From the sequence record DRR378314_190: a DNA stretch of 53,913 nucleotides; one strand, given 5' to 3'. This document shows positions 1 to 9,149 of this stretch, piece after piece. How positions within the stretch are numbered: the stretch's first letter is position 1; the number at the start of each line of letters is the position of its first letter. The notes beneath the pieces were generated by a model that saw nothing but the letters and a program-made list of their open reading frames with translations, made no database searches and was not told the DNA's origin. A program made the position numbers and the translations under genes.

Positions 1-922
1 CAAGATCGTCATCATGACGGACGCGGACGTAGACGGGGCGCATATTCGAACATTGCTGCTGACCTTCTTCTTCCGCCAGATGCCGCAGCTGATCGAACAG
101 GGGTACCTCTATATCGCCCAGCCGCCGCTTTACAAAGTGTCACGCGGCAAATCCGAAGTGTACCTGAAAGATCAGGCTGAAATGGACGAATACCTGATCA
201 CTCAAGGTACCGAAGGTGCCATGCTACGCCAGGGCAATGGCGAGGAAATCACCGGGGCTGATCTGGCCCGTGTGGTCGATAATGCCCGCCAGCTGCGCCG
301 CGTTCTGGAAGCCTTTCCAACGCATTACCCGCGCCACATTCTGGAACAGGCCGCCATTGCCGGTGCCTTCGTCCCCGGCGCGGTAGAGGCGGATTTGCAA
401 GGCGTGGCCGACAAGGTTGCCAAACGTCTGAACCTGATCGCGCTGGAATACGAACAGGGCTGGCAGGGCCGTATCACGCAAGATCATGGCATCAAACTTG
501 CCCGCATCCTGCGCGGCGTCGAAGAAGTGCGCACGCTGGATGGCAAAATGCTGCGCTCTGGTGAGGCCCGCAAATCCGGCACCTTTACGGAGCATCTACA
601 GGACGTTTACGAATTACCTGCCACCCTGCTGCGCAAAGACCGCGCACAGGTTATCAATGGCCCGATGGACCTGTTGGATGCCATTTTGGCGGAAGGTGAA
701 AAAGGCCTGTCCTTGCAACGCTACAAAGGCTTGGGTGAAATGAACCCCGACCAGCTTTGGGAAACCACGCTGGACCCGGACGCGCGCACATTGCTGCAGG
801 TCAAGGTCGAAGACATGGCAGATGCGGATGACCTGTTCACCAAACTGATGGGGGATGTGGTTGAACCACGCCGCGAATTCATCCAGCAGAATGCGCTGAA
901 CGTCGAAAACCTCGACTTCTGA
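1..922 (+). CDS. gyrB: DNA gyrase subunit B, C-terminal part (5' truncated by window edge)
   Basis: TOPRIM motif IMTDADVDGAHIRTLLLTFF, QRYKGLGEMNPDQLWETT, C-terminal LMGDVVEPRREFI; frame is open from the window start. Confidence 0.98.
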   Translation, partial: KIVIMTDADVDGAHIRTLLLTFFFRQMPQLIEQGYLYIAQPPLYKVSRGKSEVYLKDQAEMDEYLITQGTEGAMLRQGNGEEITGADLARVVDNARQLRRVLEAFPTHYPRHILEQAAIAGAFVPGAVEADLQGVADKVAKRLNLIALEYEQGWQGRITQDHGIKLARILRGVEEVRTLDGKMLRSGEARKSGTFTEHLQDVYELPATLLRKDRAQVINGPMDLLDAILAEGEKGLSLQRYKGLGEMNPDQLWETTLDPDARTLLQVKVEDMADADDLFTKLMGDVVEPRREFIQQNALNVENLDF

Positions 923-936
923 TCCCAAATGGCAAA

Positions 937-970
937 CACGGGGGCAGTGCAATCCCGCGCCGCCCCCGTG
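937..970. terminator. GC-rich hairpin between convergent gyrB and pqiC
   Basis: Inverted repeat CACGGGGGC (937-945) / GCCCCCGTG (962-970); no clear U-tract. Confidence 0.5.
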
Positions 971-1035
971 CTTCATCTTGCCAACAGATTCAATTCCACA
1001 GCATCTGTCCGGCGCAAACGTCCGCGTTCAACGGG

Positions 1036-1599
1036 TTATTTCAATCCGTTGCGCGCAATATAGCGGGCCAGATCAAGGATAAGCTGCCCTCGGGCCTGTG
1101 CGATCGCATTGGGGCCACCTTTCGGGTCAAAGGCCACAGTCAGGGCAAATAACCCCGACCGCTCGCGCCGCCCATCCGCGACAGCCACAAAATACTGGCC
1201 CGAAGTTTCGAACGTGCCACTGCTTGTCGCCACCAGTTCCGAAAATCTGATTTCCAGACGCGCATCAGGGAATTCCTCAAACGGCCATGGCTCTGACGCG
1301 ACACGCCGGTTGGTCAACCGAGCAAGGTTCTGGCTGAGTTCAAGCGCGATGGCGCGGTCCGGCGCATCTGCCCAAAGTACATCCGAAGAGCTGGTCAGTG
1401 TACCATCCGCACCACGAATGGAAATCTCGTCAGACGCGGCATAGCTGGGCAAGGATACATCCTTGACCTCAACCGACGAAAACCCAATGCGCAAGGTATC
1501 CCCGATCACTGGCGGGCTGACGGCAAACCGTTCCGCCGATCCGCAGGCGGCAAGCAAAGACAGTAGGAAGAGGGAAATCAAACGGGCAGCAAAAGTCAT
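1036..1599 (-). CDS. pqiC: PqiC-like outer-membrane lipoprotein (ABC_trans_aux family)
   Basis: Lipobox LLAAC; WADAPDRAI motif typical of PqiC; directly downstream of pqiB. Confidence 0.85.
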   Translation of the reverse strand: MTFAARLISLFLLSLLAACGSAERFAVSPPVIGDTLRIGFSSVEVKDVSLPSYAASDEISIRGADGTLTSSSDVLWADAPDRAIALELSQNLARLTNRRVASEPWPFEEFPDARLEIRFSELVATSSGTFETSGQYFVAVADGRRERSGLFALTVAFDPKGGPNAIAQARGQLILDLARYIARNGLK

Positions 1600-1601
1600 A
1601 T

Positions 1602-4076
1602 CTATCTTCCAAGCAAAAGCGAGTTGGGATTACGTTCAATGGTACGAGCCAAAGACGCAAGGGCGTCAGCAGCTTTTTGGATGTCACGCATCGTGGTTTG
1701 TGCCTCGCGGCTCAGCTGGTCACCCTTGTTATAGCCGTCGATGGTACGTCCCGCCCGGTTAAACAGCGCTGTCAGGCGTTCGACAATTTTGGGCAAATCC
1801 TTGGCCGATACCGCAACGCTGTCCGCGGCATTGCGGGCAGAGACCAGCGTCTGGTTCACATTCTCAATCGCCCCGCCTTCGCGCAGCTCCTGAAGCGTAT
1901 AATTCACTTCGTCCAGCGCACGCTTCAATGACCCCGGCAGGGCCTTGGCGTCCTCCGCACCAACAACTGCCTCGGCAGCTTTGGCCAATCCGGTCAACTC
2001 GTCAATCAAGGCGTCTACCTCAAGCGATTCCGCTTTCGCCACTACGGCTTCGATCTGCGTAATCAGTGCCGGCACCCCTGCAACAGAGTCTTCCACGGTC
2101 TTCGCCGCACCGAGGGCGGAATCCAGCACCTGAGAGATCTTGGTGGTGATCCGCTCCTGTTCAAGCTGTGTCACCAACTCCTCAACCCGCATGAGCGTCG
2201 CATTCAGCGTGACAGGAATGTTCTGCACATCCTCAGAGGCGACCAGCCCCTGCACTTCACCCAGCAACAAACGCCCCTCGCTGAGGGTCACGTTCACCTC
2301 ATCCAGCGTCTGTTTCACGGCACCGGGCAGGGCCTGCACACCCTCGCTGTCCACCATCGCTTCGGCGGTTCGTACCAAGGATGTCACTTCGCTGACCAGC
2401 TCGTTCAGCTCCAGTGTTTCAACCTTTGCAGCAACAGCTTCGATTTGCGACAGCAGCGCGGGCACACCTGCAACAGAGGTTTCCACAACACTGACCGCGC
2501 TGGCGGCAGAGGTCAGAACTTCGGCCAGTTTTGTGGCCACGCGCTCTTTCTCCAGCTCGGTCACCAGCGCCTCGACACGGGTCAGGGTCGCATTCAGGCT
2601 GACAGGAATGTTGCGCACATCGTCAGAGGCAACCAGATCCTGCACTTCGCCCAGCAACGCGCGCAGATCACCCGGCGTGGCGCGGATGTCTTCGCTCGAC
2701 ACCAGCCGTTCTGCGGAGTCCATAAAGGTGATGGCAGAATTCAACAGCTCTTCAATCGGCAGGTTGTTGATGCGGGTAAACACCCCCTCAACCGTTGCAG
2801 AAGCGTCAGAGGTTTCGTTCTGCGTCGTCGGCAGCACCGGCAAATCGCCAACCTCGCCCACCAGCCGCGCGGGCGGGCTGTCCTCGACCATCACAAGTTC
2901 TACCTTCAATCCACCGGTCAGCAGGCTGGCAGAGGCAAGCCGCGCCCGCAGCCCGGCAACCACACGGTTTTGCAGGAATGCCAAAGCTGCCTCTCCGGTG
3001 ACTTCATCAGGCAGGCCAAGGCGCGCAGGTTGGATCGAAAGCACCACATTCAAACGGACCCGACTGTCCCCAAACTGGTCATAGTTGACGATGCCCGAAA
3101 GCGATTCAACCTCACCGATTTTCAGACCGCTCAGCTCCACAGGAGCGCCAACGGTCAAACCAGAGATGTTCTCGTCAAAGATTACGCTGACGCCCAGCGG
3201 TTCAACCTCCGAGGAATTGAAAACAGAATTTCGCGCAGTTTCTCGATCCGGGAAAACCTCAAACACTGTGCCATCCGACACCCGTCCCCCACCGGAAACG
3301 AACGTATCAAATGTAATGCCGCCGCCGATCAATGTCGCAAGCGAAGAGAAATCAATCTCGGCACCTGCTGTGCCAATGCTGACACTGAAACCTGATGCAT
3401 CCCAAAAACGGGTGGATTGGTTGATCAACGACCGATGATCTTCAAAAATCAACGCCTCTACAATTGCGAAATTGCCGCGTGGCGAGATGCGGGCGCGGCC
3501 AATGCGCCCCACTTCGATCCCCTTGTAAAGGATCGGCGCGTTATCGGTCAGCTGGCTGTTGGCGACAGTGCGAAAGGCAATCTCAAGCCCGCCTTGACCG
3601 GGCCGAATCAAAGGTGCTTCTGAGGCCCCCGTGAATGACTCCGGTGCCGGGCCCAGCTGATCATCCCATGACCCTTCAATGTAGACACCGCTTAGCACCG
3701 TGCTAAGGCCCGTGATCCCACGCGCCGATACTTCCGGCTGCACGATCCAGAACACCGCACCGTTGTCGATGAACGGGGCGACGGCCTTATCCACCCGCAC
3801 ATGCGCCTGGACACGGTTCAGACCGCTGGTAAAGCTGACCTTTTCGACAACGCCAACTGTCACATCACGGTATCGCAATTCGGTCTCGCCGGATTTGATA
3901 CCGGCGCCGGTTTCGAACTCGATCGTGATAATCGGCCCGCGGTCATTGTAGGATTGCCAGGCCACAAACAGAGCCACGAACAAAGCTGCAATCGGAATGA
4001 TCCATACAACCGATGCCCCGCTAAAAAACGCTTTGCGGGCGGGCGACACCGATACTTCTGGCAAGTCGTCATTCAT
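1602..4076 (-). CDS. pqiB: PqiB-like multi-MCE (MlaD) intermembrane transport protein with long helical C-terminus, about 824 aa
   Basis: N-terminal TM (VWIIPIAALFVALFVAW), three MCE domains (YRDVTVGVV, YKGIEVGRI, LSGLKIGEV), C-terminal ERNPNSLLLGR; ATG at 4076 overlaps the pqiA stop. Confidence 0.92.
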   Translation of the reverse strand: MNDDLPEVSVSPARKAFFSGASVVWIIPIAALFVALFVAWQSYNDRGPIITIEFETGAGIKSGETELRYRDVTVGVVEKVSFTSGLNRVQAHVRVDKAVAPFIDNGAVFWIVQPEVSARGITGLSTVLSGVYIEGSWDDQLGPAPESFTGASEAPLIRPGQGGLEIAFRTVANSQLTDNAPILYKGIEVGRIGRARISPRGNFAIVEALIFEDHRSLINQSTRFWDASGFSVSIGTAGAEIDFSSLATLIGGGITFDTFVSGGGRVSDGTVFEVFPDRETARNSVFNSSEVEPLGVSVIFDENISGLTVGAPVELSGLKIGEVESLSGIVNYDQFGDSRVRLNVVLSIQPARLGLPDEVTGEAALAFLQNRVVAGLRARLASASLLTGGLKVELVMVEDSPPARLVGEVGDLPVLPTTQNETSDASATVEGVFTRINNLPIEELLNSAITFMDSAERLVSSEDIRATPGDLRALLGEVQDLVASDDVRNIPVSLNATLTRVEALVTELEKERVATKLAEVLTSAASAVSVVETSVAGVPALLSQIEAVAAKVETLELNELVSEVTSLVRTAEAMVDSEGVQALPGAVKQTLDEVNVTLSEGRLLLGEVQGLVASEDVQNIPVTLNATLMRVEELVTQLEQERITTKISQVLDSALGAAKTVEDSVAGVPALITQIEAVVAKAESLEVDALIDELTGLAKAAEAVVGAEDAKALPGSLKRALDEVNYTLQELREGGAIENVNQTLVSARNAADSVAVSAKDLPKIVERLTALFNRAGRTIDGYNKGDQLSREAQTTMRDIQKAADALASLARTIERNPNSLLLGR
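1878..2657 (-). repeat. Intragenic tandem duplication (390 nt / 130 aa period) in the pqiB helical region
   Basis: Matching DNA at a 390-nt offset: tgcacttc(a/g)cccagcaac at 2251 and 2641; cattcag..tgacaggaatgtt at 2201 and 2591; ggcac(c/a)cctgcaacagag at 2071 and 2461. Confidence 0.9.
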
Positions 4077-4728
4077 CGTGTTTCGGGTCCTCATTTTTGG
4101 CCTGAACATCCCAGATCATGCGGGAATCGAAAGCCTGAGCAGACAGCATGGTGAAGATGACCGACAAAGCAAAGAAAATGGCCGCCGGACCGGGATTAAT
4201 AGACGCCAGTGTCTTGAGTTGCACCAGCGCAGACAGGATCGCAACCACAAAGATATCAATCATCGACCAACGCCCGATGTATTCAACCACCTCATACAAC
4301 ATCTGGCGACGGTGATTGGAAACTCTGGTGGGGGCCTTAACGCTGATCGCGAGATAGGCAACAGCCCAGAACTTTGCCAGCGGGATCACAACCGAAGCGA
4401 ACAGGATAATCGCCGCAATGCCATAGCTGCCATAATGCGCCAGTTCGACCGCACCTGAAATGATCGTGCTTTCATCAACCTGAAACAGCGTCTGCGTGCG
4501 CAGCATCGGATATACATTGGCCGGGACATAGCAAACCGCCCCCACAACCCAAAACGCCCAGACTCTTTGCAGGCTGAGCGGATCACGGGATTGCAGCTTG
4601 TGCCCGCAGCGCCCGCAGACAGCTGTGTCCATCGGCCACGCCTTGGTGCAGCGGCGACAGGCGACAATGCCCAAACTGCGTGCGCTCACGAATTCTTCGG
4701 ATGTTCCAGACGATACCATACTGACCAT
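4069..4728 (-). CDS. pqiA: Paraquat-inducible protein A family, second (C-half-like) gene
   Basis: Two CxxC motifs (CRRC, CGRC), YVPANVYP, GRWSMIDIFVVAI, FDSRMIWD; start could be 4719. Confidence 0.9.
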   Translation of the reverse strand: MVSMVSSGTSEEFVSARSLGIVACRRCTKAWPMDTAVCGRCGHKLQSRDPLSLQRVWAFWVVGAVCYVPANVYPMLRTQTLFQVDESTIISGAVELAHYGSYGIAAIILFASVVIPLAKFWAVAYLAISVKAPTRVSNHRRQMLYEVVEYIGRWSMIDIFVVAILSALVQLKTLASINPGPAAIFFALSVIFTMLSAQAFDSRMIWDVQAKNEDPKHDE

Positions 4729-5333
4729 TTACACATAAAACTGTCTTGCGCGATCACAAGTACAACGAGAATTCCAAACATCCAGAACGCCGGGCCAAAA
4801 CCCACCGTCGCCAGATCGGCCACTTTGACCAAGGCCACCGCACAGCCGATTGCGAAAATTTCTGCCATCGACCATGGGCGCAGCGCCTCTGACATACGAA
4901 ACGCGCGGATCGCATGGCGTGCCGCCGGGCGGTCCAGAACCACGGGGATCAACACATAGAGCGTCAGCAACACCCGCGCGAGCGGCACAAAAATGATCAG
5001 CGCTGCCGTTGCCAGCGACAACACAATCATCGGCCCACCGGAGAATGCCAGGGCCGCATCAAGGATCGACACGGCATTCTTATTTCCCGCCGCATCAATT
5101 GTCAGAAAAGGAAACACCGCCGCCCCGACGATCAGGAACAGCACCGCGAAAGCCACGGCGATGATGTGCAGCCCCGCATTGCGGCGCGGCGCGATCAGCA
5201 CCTTGTGGCACCGCTGGCATACCGCCCTTTCGCCGTTTTCGGGTTTTTTCATCCGATAGGCCGCGTCGCATTGTGGACAGACAATCAAGTCATCCAGAAA
5301 GGTCGTGGGATCAGAGGCGGCAAAATCCTTCAT
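4686..5333 (-). CDS. pqiA: Paraquat-inducible protein A family, first (N-half-like) gene
   Basis: CPQCD and CQRCH motifs, PWSMAEIFAIGCAVALVK, TM helices. Confidence 0.9.
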   Translation of the reverse strand: MKDFAASDPTTFLDDLIVCPQCDAAYRMKKPENGERAVCQRCHKVLIAPRRNAGLHIIAVAFAVLFLIVGAAVFPFLTIDAAGNKNAVSILDAALAFSGGPMIVLSLATAALIIFVPLARVLLTLYVLIPVVLDRPAARHAIRAFRMSEALRPWSMAEIFAIGCAVALVKVADLATVGFGPAFWMFGILVVLVIAQDSFMCKWSVWYRLEHPKNS

Positions 5334-5370
5334 CGCGTTAAGATATAGGATTTATACGCCGTGCAACACC

Positions 5371-6390
5371 TTAATTTGCAGTTGGCTTAAGGGGTAGGAA
5401 ACGAGGGGCGGGAGCCGCCTGCAAAACCCCCTCCCGGTGAATCAATGTTTCGCGCTGCGCCATATGGGGATGGCCCGCAGCCTCTGAAAAACTCAGCACC
5501 GGCGTCACGCAGGCATCAGTTCCAGCAAAGATCTGCGCCCAGTCATCACGACTGCGTGAGGCAAAAACGGTTGCGAATTCTGCCGAGCGGGCAGGCCAGT
5601 TGGATCTGTCATTCTGGTCCTTCATATATGCGGCGGGCAACCCCAGTTTTTCCAGCAGGATGGCAAAAAACTGCGGTTCCAGCGCCCCGACTGCGACAAA
5701 CCCACCATCAGCGCAGACATAACACCGGTAGAATGGTGCCGCACCGTCCAGCCAGTTTGATGCCCTGTCCTCTGTCCAGCTACCCTGTGCCAACATGGTA
5801 TGGATCAACCCCATCATCGCAGGCACACCATCCACCATCGCGGCATCCACCACCTGCCCCTTGCCGGTAACACCCCGTTCAATCACTGCCGACAGGATGC
5901 CAAAGATCAGGAACATCGTGCCACCGCCATAATCCGCCACAAGGTTCAGCGGCGGCACCGGCGGTGCATCCCCGGTTCCCATGGCATGCAGCGCGCCGGT
6001 CAACCCCAGATAGTTGATGTCATGCCCTGCAACATGCGCCCATGGTCCCGCCTGACCCCAGCCGGTCATGCGTGCATAGATCAAATTGTCGGGGCAGGTT
6101 TCCGGCCCCAGCCCCAACCGCTCCATCACGCCGGGCCTGAAGCCTTCGATCAACACATCACTTTTGGCAACCAGATCCCGCGCCGCGGCGATGCCAGCGT
6201 CCGACTTCAGGTCCAACACCACAGACTGCTTGCCCCGCCGGTTAATATCGGTCGGGTCCTGCGCAACCGGTTTGCGATCAACGGTTGTCACCTCTGCCCC
6301 CAGATCAGCCAGCAATTGCCCTGCCAAAGGTGCCGGGCCAAGGCCGGAAAATTCGACGATCTTCAAGGATGCCAATGGACCTTTGTTCAT
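5371..6390 (-). CDS. CaiB/BaiF family III CoA-transferase / alpha-methylacyl-CoA racemase-like
   Basis: GLGPAP, LADLGAEV, EGFRPGVMERLGLG, GHDINY, ADYGGG, LDGAAPFY; AAAGGAA RBS before ATG 6390 (ORF-track start 6651 is over-extended). Confidence 0.9.
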   Translation of the reverse strand: MNKGPLASLKIVEFSGLGPAPLAGQLLADLGAEVTTVDRKPVAQDPTDINRRGKQSVVLDLKSDAGIAAARDLVAKSDVLIEGFRPGVMERLGLGPETCPDNLIYARMTGWGQAGPWAHVAGHDINYLGLTGALHAMGTGDAPPVPPLNLVADYGGGTMFLIFGILSAVIERGVTGKGQVVDAAMVDGVPAMMGLIHTMLAQGSWTEDRASNWLDGAAPFYRCYVCADGGFVAVGALEPQFFAILLEKLGLPAAYMKDQNDRSNWPARSAEFATVFASRSRDDWAQIFAGTDACVTPVLSFSEAAGHPHMAQRETLIHREGVLQAAPAPRFLPLKPTAN

Positions 6391-6505
6391 ATCTGTTCCT
6401 TTACCGTAGTTCCCAACCACCCTATCCGAACACCAAGCGCTTGCGAAAGCTGCCAATCCGGTCACACTGTCCAGATGACCGATGCGACAATACGTTAGGA
6501 AAGAT

Positions 6506-8128
6506 ATGCCAGACTTGGGATCGATGACCAGATTTACTACTTTCGCGCTCGTCGGGGTGCTGACATTGGTCAGCTTCATTCTGATCTTCACCTGGAGCGG
6601 CTGGTTCTTCCTGCCTTTCGCACTCTTCGCCGTTCTGACCTGTATGGGCATCTATGACGTGACCCAGACCAGACACTCGATCCTGCGCAATTACCCTATT
6701 CTGGGCCATATGCGGTTCTTTTTTGAAGGCATCCGCCCTGAGATCCGGCAGTATCTGATCGAATCCGATCAGGACGAAGAACCCTTTAGCCGCGACAGCC
6801 GGTCCTTGGTCTATCAACGCGCCAAAGGCGAAGAGGACGCCCGCCCCTTCGGGACACGCATGCGGGTCTATGATGCTGGCTATTCCTGGGTCACCCATTC
6901 GGTCGCGCCTGTACATATCGAGGATTTTGATTTCCGCACCAAAATCGGCGGACCGCAGTGCAGCCAACCCTATTCGGCCTCGCTGTACAACATTTCCGCA
7001 ATGAGCTTTGGTTCCCTCTCGGCCAATGCCATTCAGGCGCTGAACACCGGTGCCAAACTGGGCGGGTTTGCCCATGACACCGGTGAAGGATCGGTCAGCC
7101 GCTATCACAAAGCGGGGGGTGGCGATCTGATCTATCAACTGGCCTCCGGCTATTTCGGCAGCCGCGCGGCGGATGGTTCATTCGATCCCGAAAAATTTCG
7201 CGAAACAGCGTCACTTGAACAGATCAAAATGATCGAGTTGAAGCTAAGTCAAGGGGCCAAACCGGGCCATGGTGGGATGCTGCCCGCCTCGAAAATCAGC
7301 CCAGAGATCGCAGAGGCGCGCGGCGTTCCGATGGGCAAAGATTGCGTTTCGCCCGCCGCACATTCCGCTTTTTCCACCCCGATTGAAATGATGGAGTTCA
7401 TTGGCCAGCTGCGTGAATTGTCAGGCGGGAAACCTGTGGGATTCAAGCTGTGCATCGGACATCGGCGCGAATTCATGTGTATGGTAAAGGCCATGTTAGA
7501 GACTGGTATCACCCCTGATTTCATCGTCGTTGACGGCACCGAAGGTGGTACAGGTGCGGCCCCGGTCGAGTTCTCAAACCACGTTGGCATGCCGATGATC
7601 GAGGGGCTGACCTTTGTGCATAACACCCTGCGCGGTGCGGGGCTGCGGGATCAGATCAAGGTTGGGGCCGCGGGCAAGGTTGTATCAGCCTTTGACATCG
7701 CGCGCGCATTGGCGCTGGGCGCAGATTGGTGCAATTCGGCCCGCGGTTATATGTTCGCCATCGGCTGTATTCAGGCGCAGGCCTGTCACACCAATCACTG
7801 CCCGGTCGGCGTGGCCACTCAGGACAAGACCCGCATGCGGGCGCTGGATGTGGGACACAAAAGCCAGCGCGTCGCCCGTTTTCACCGCAATACAATGGAG
7901 GCACTGGGCGAGATGACAGGGGCCGCTGGTCTGCACCACCCCAGTGACTTTCTGCCCCATCACATGATGCTGCGTCAGGGCGACAAAAGCATGGTCGAGG
8001 CCAAGGATGTCTATGGCTACCTTCCCGAAGGCTATCTGCTGGATGACAAGGCCGAGGATTACAACGGCAACAAGAACCGTTGGTCACGGGCGCGGGCAGA
8101 CACATTTGCCCCCGCCGAACAGCTTTAG
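6506..8128 (+). CDS. Stand-alone FMN-binding glutamate synthase family protein with N-terminal TM helices
   Basis: ISAMSFGSLS, HDTGEG, ELKLSQGAKPGHGG, DGTEGGTGAAP, 3Fe-4S motif CIQAQACHTNHCP; RBS AGGAAAG before ATG 6506. Confidence 0.9.
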   Translation: MPDLGSMTRFTTFALVGVLTLVSFILIFTWSGWFFLPFALFAVLTCMGIYDVTQTRHSILRNYPILGHMRFFFEGIRPEIRQYLIESDQDEEPFSRDSRSLVYQRAKGEEDARPFGTRMRVYDAGYSWVTHSVAPVHIEDFDFRTKIGGPQCSQPYSASLYNISAMSFGSLSANAIQALNTGAKLGGFAHDTGEGSVSRYHKAGGGDLIYQLASGYFGSRAADGSFDPEKFRETASLEQIKMIELKLSQGAKPGHGGMLPASKISPEIAEARGVPMGKDCVSPAAHSAFSTPIEMMEFIGQLRELSGGKPVGFKLCIGHRREFMCMVKAMLETGITPDFIVVDGTEGGTGAAPVEFSNHVGMPMIEGLTFVHNTLRGAGLRDQIKVGAAGKVVSAFDIARALALGADWCNSARGYMFAIGCIQAQACHTNHCPVGVATQDKTRMRALDVGHKSQRVARFHRNTMEALGEMTGAAGLHHPSDFLPHHMMLRQGDKSMVEAKDVYGYLPEGYLLDDKAEDYNGNKNRWSRARADTFAPAEQL

Positions 8129-9012
8129 GAAGATTCGCCAGATTGTGGTTTGGCGTGATTTTCCCTGACCCAAAGCTCAATCTGCGCATTCAACGACGCA
8201 CCATAAAGGACAAGAAAGCTGGTGATCCATAACCATATCAGCATTGCGACAACAGCGCCGATCGACCCGTAAACCTGATTGTAATTGCCGAAATTTGTTA
8301 CGTAGTAGGAAAACGCGAGCGACAGCACCACCCAAAGCGCGACCGCGACAATCGCCCCCACAGACAGCCAGCGAAACCGCGCCACCTTGCGGTTCGGCCC
8401 ATAGCGGTAGAGCACGCCGACACCGGCGAATAAAACAACAACGGCAACAATCCAGCGCAGCCCGTCAATCAACAGCGTGCCGATAATACCAAGCGGGAAA
8501 AACGCCAGCAGCACGGGGATCACAACAAGGCTGATCACAGCGACAATCCCAACCCCGACCAAAGCCACCGTCAGCAAGAGGGCCCGAATATAGTGCCGCG
8601 CGGTGTTTCGGTTGGGTTGCGCGTATACCGAATTCAATCCAGTGATCATCGCCCCAACACCCGCGCGCGCTGACCACAGGGCCAGCAACAAGGACACCAC
8701 CCCGGCCCAGCCCAGCGTGTCACTGCTTGCAGATACGAGGCTGACAACCTGTTGGTGGATGATGTCGAACACACCCGCCGGCATCAATTCACGCAGATCT
8801 TCCAGTTGCACCACAACCTCTGCCGGATCCGCAACCAGCCCCGCAATGGCGATCAGCGCCGCCAAAGCAGGAAACAAAGACAACATAGAGAAAAATGCAA
8901 CGCCGGCAGAAATCAGGGCCAGATTGCTGTCGCCAATCTGCACGATGCTGGACTTGAACACATCCCAATACCCGCGAAAACCAAGTCTGGAAATTTTCAT
9001 AGGCACCTTCAT
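8125..9012 (-). CDS. YihY / virulence factor BrkB family membrane protein
   Basis: SAGVAFFSMLSLFP, LYRYGPN, YNQVYGSIGAVVAMLIWLW; RBS GGAGG before ATG 9012. Confidence 0.92.
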   Translation of the reverse strand: MKVPMKISRLGFRGYWDVFKSSIVQIGDSNLALISAGVAFFSMLSLFPALAALIAIAGLVADPAEVVVQLEDLRELMPAGVFDIIHQQVVSLVSASSDTLGWAGVVSLLLALWSARAGVGAMITGLNSVYAQPNRNTARHYIRALLLTVALVGVGIVAVISLVVIPVLLAFFPLGIIGTLLIDGLRWIVAVVVLFAGVGVLYRYGPNRKVARFRWLSVGAIVAVALWVVLSLAFSYYVTNFGNYNQVYGSIGAVVAMLIWLWITSFLVLYGASLNAQIELWVRENHAKPQSGESS

Positions 9013-9149
9013 CTTCGTTCCCTCCAACAGATGAAGCGCCCGGAAGCAACTGGCAAGAAAAATCAAGACAAAATAGGCGGGATGTATATGGCCCCCCCTT
9101 GCGCCGCGTTGCGCATCCGTGATGATGCTTGCGAATTGAAAGGACCCTC

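Noticed and set aside
2140-3438. Long plus-strand ORFs (314 and 316 aa) antisense to pqiB
   Set aside because: Shadow ORFs of a GC-rich coding strand with no recognisable motifs; the same applies to 14947-16032, 24824-25957 and similar antisense ORFs.
4069-5333. pqiA as a frameshifted pseudogene
   Set aside because: Each half has its own CxxC pair and complete PqiA domain; two-gene pqiA is a common natural arrangement.
6391-6651. N-terminal extensions in the ORF track (CoA-transferase to 6651, Hsp70 to 13216, cueR to 24117, copA to 26521)
   Set aside because: They overlap neighbouring genes or promoters; downstream ATGs match family N-termini.
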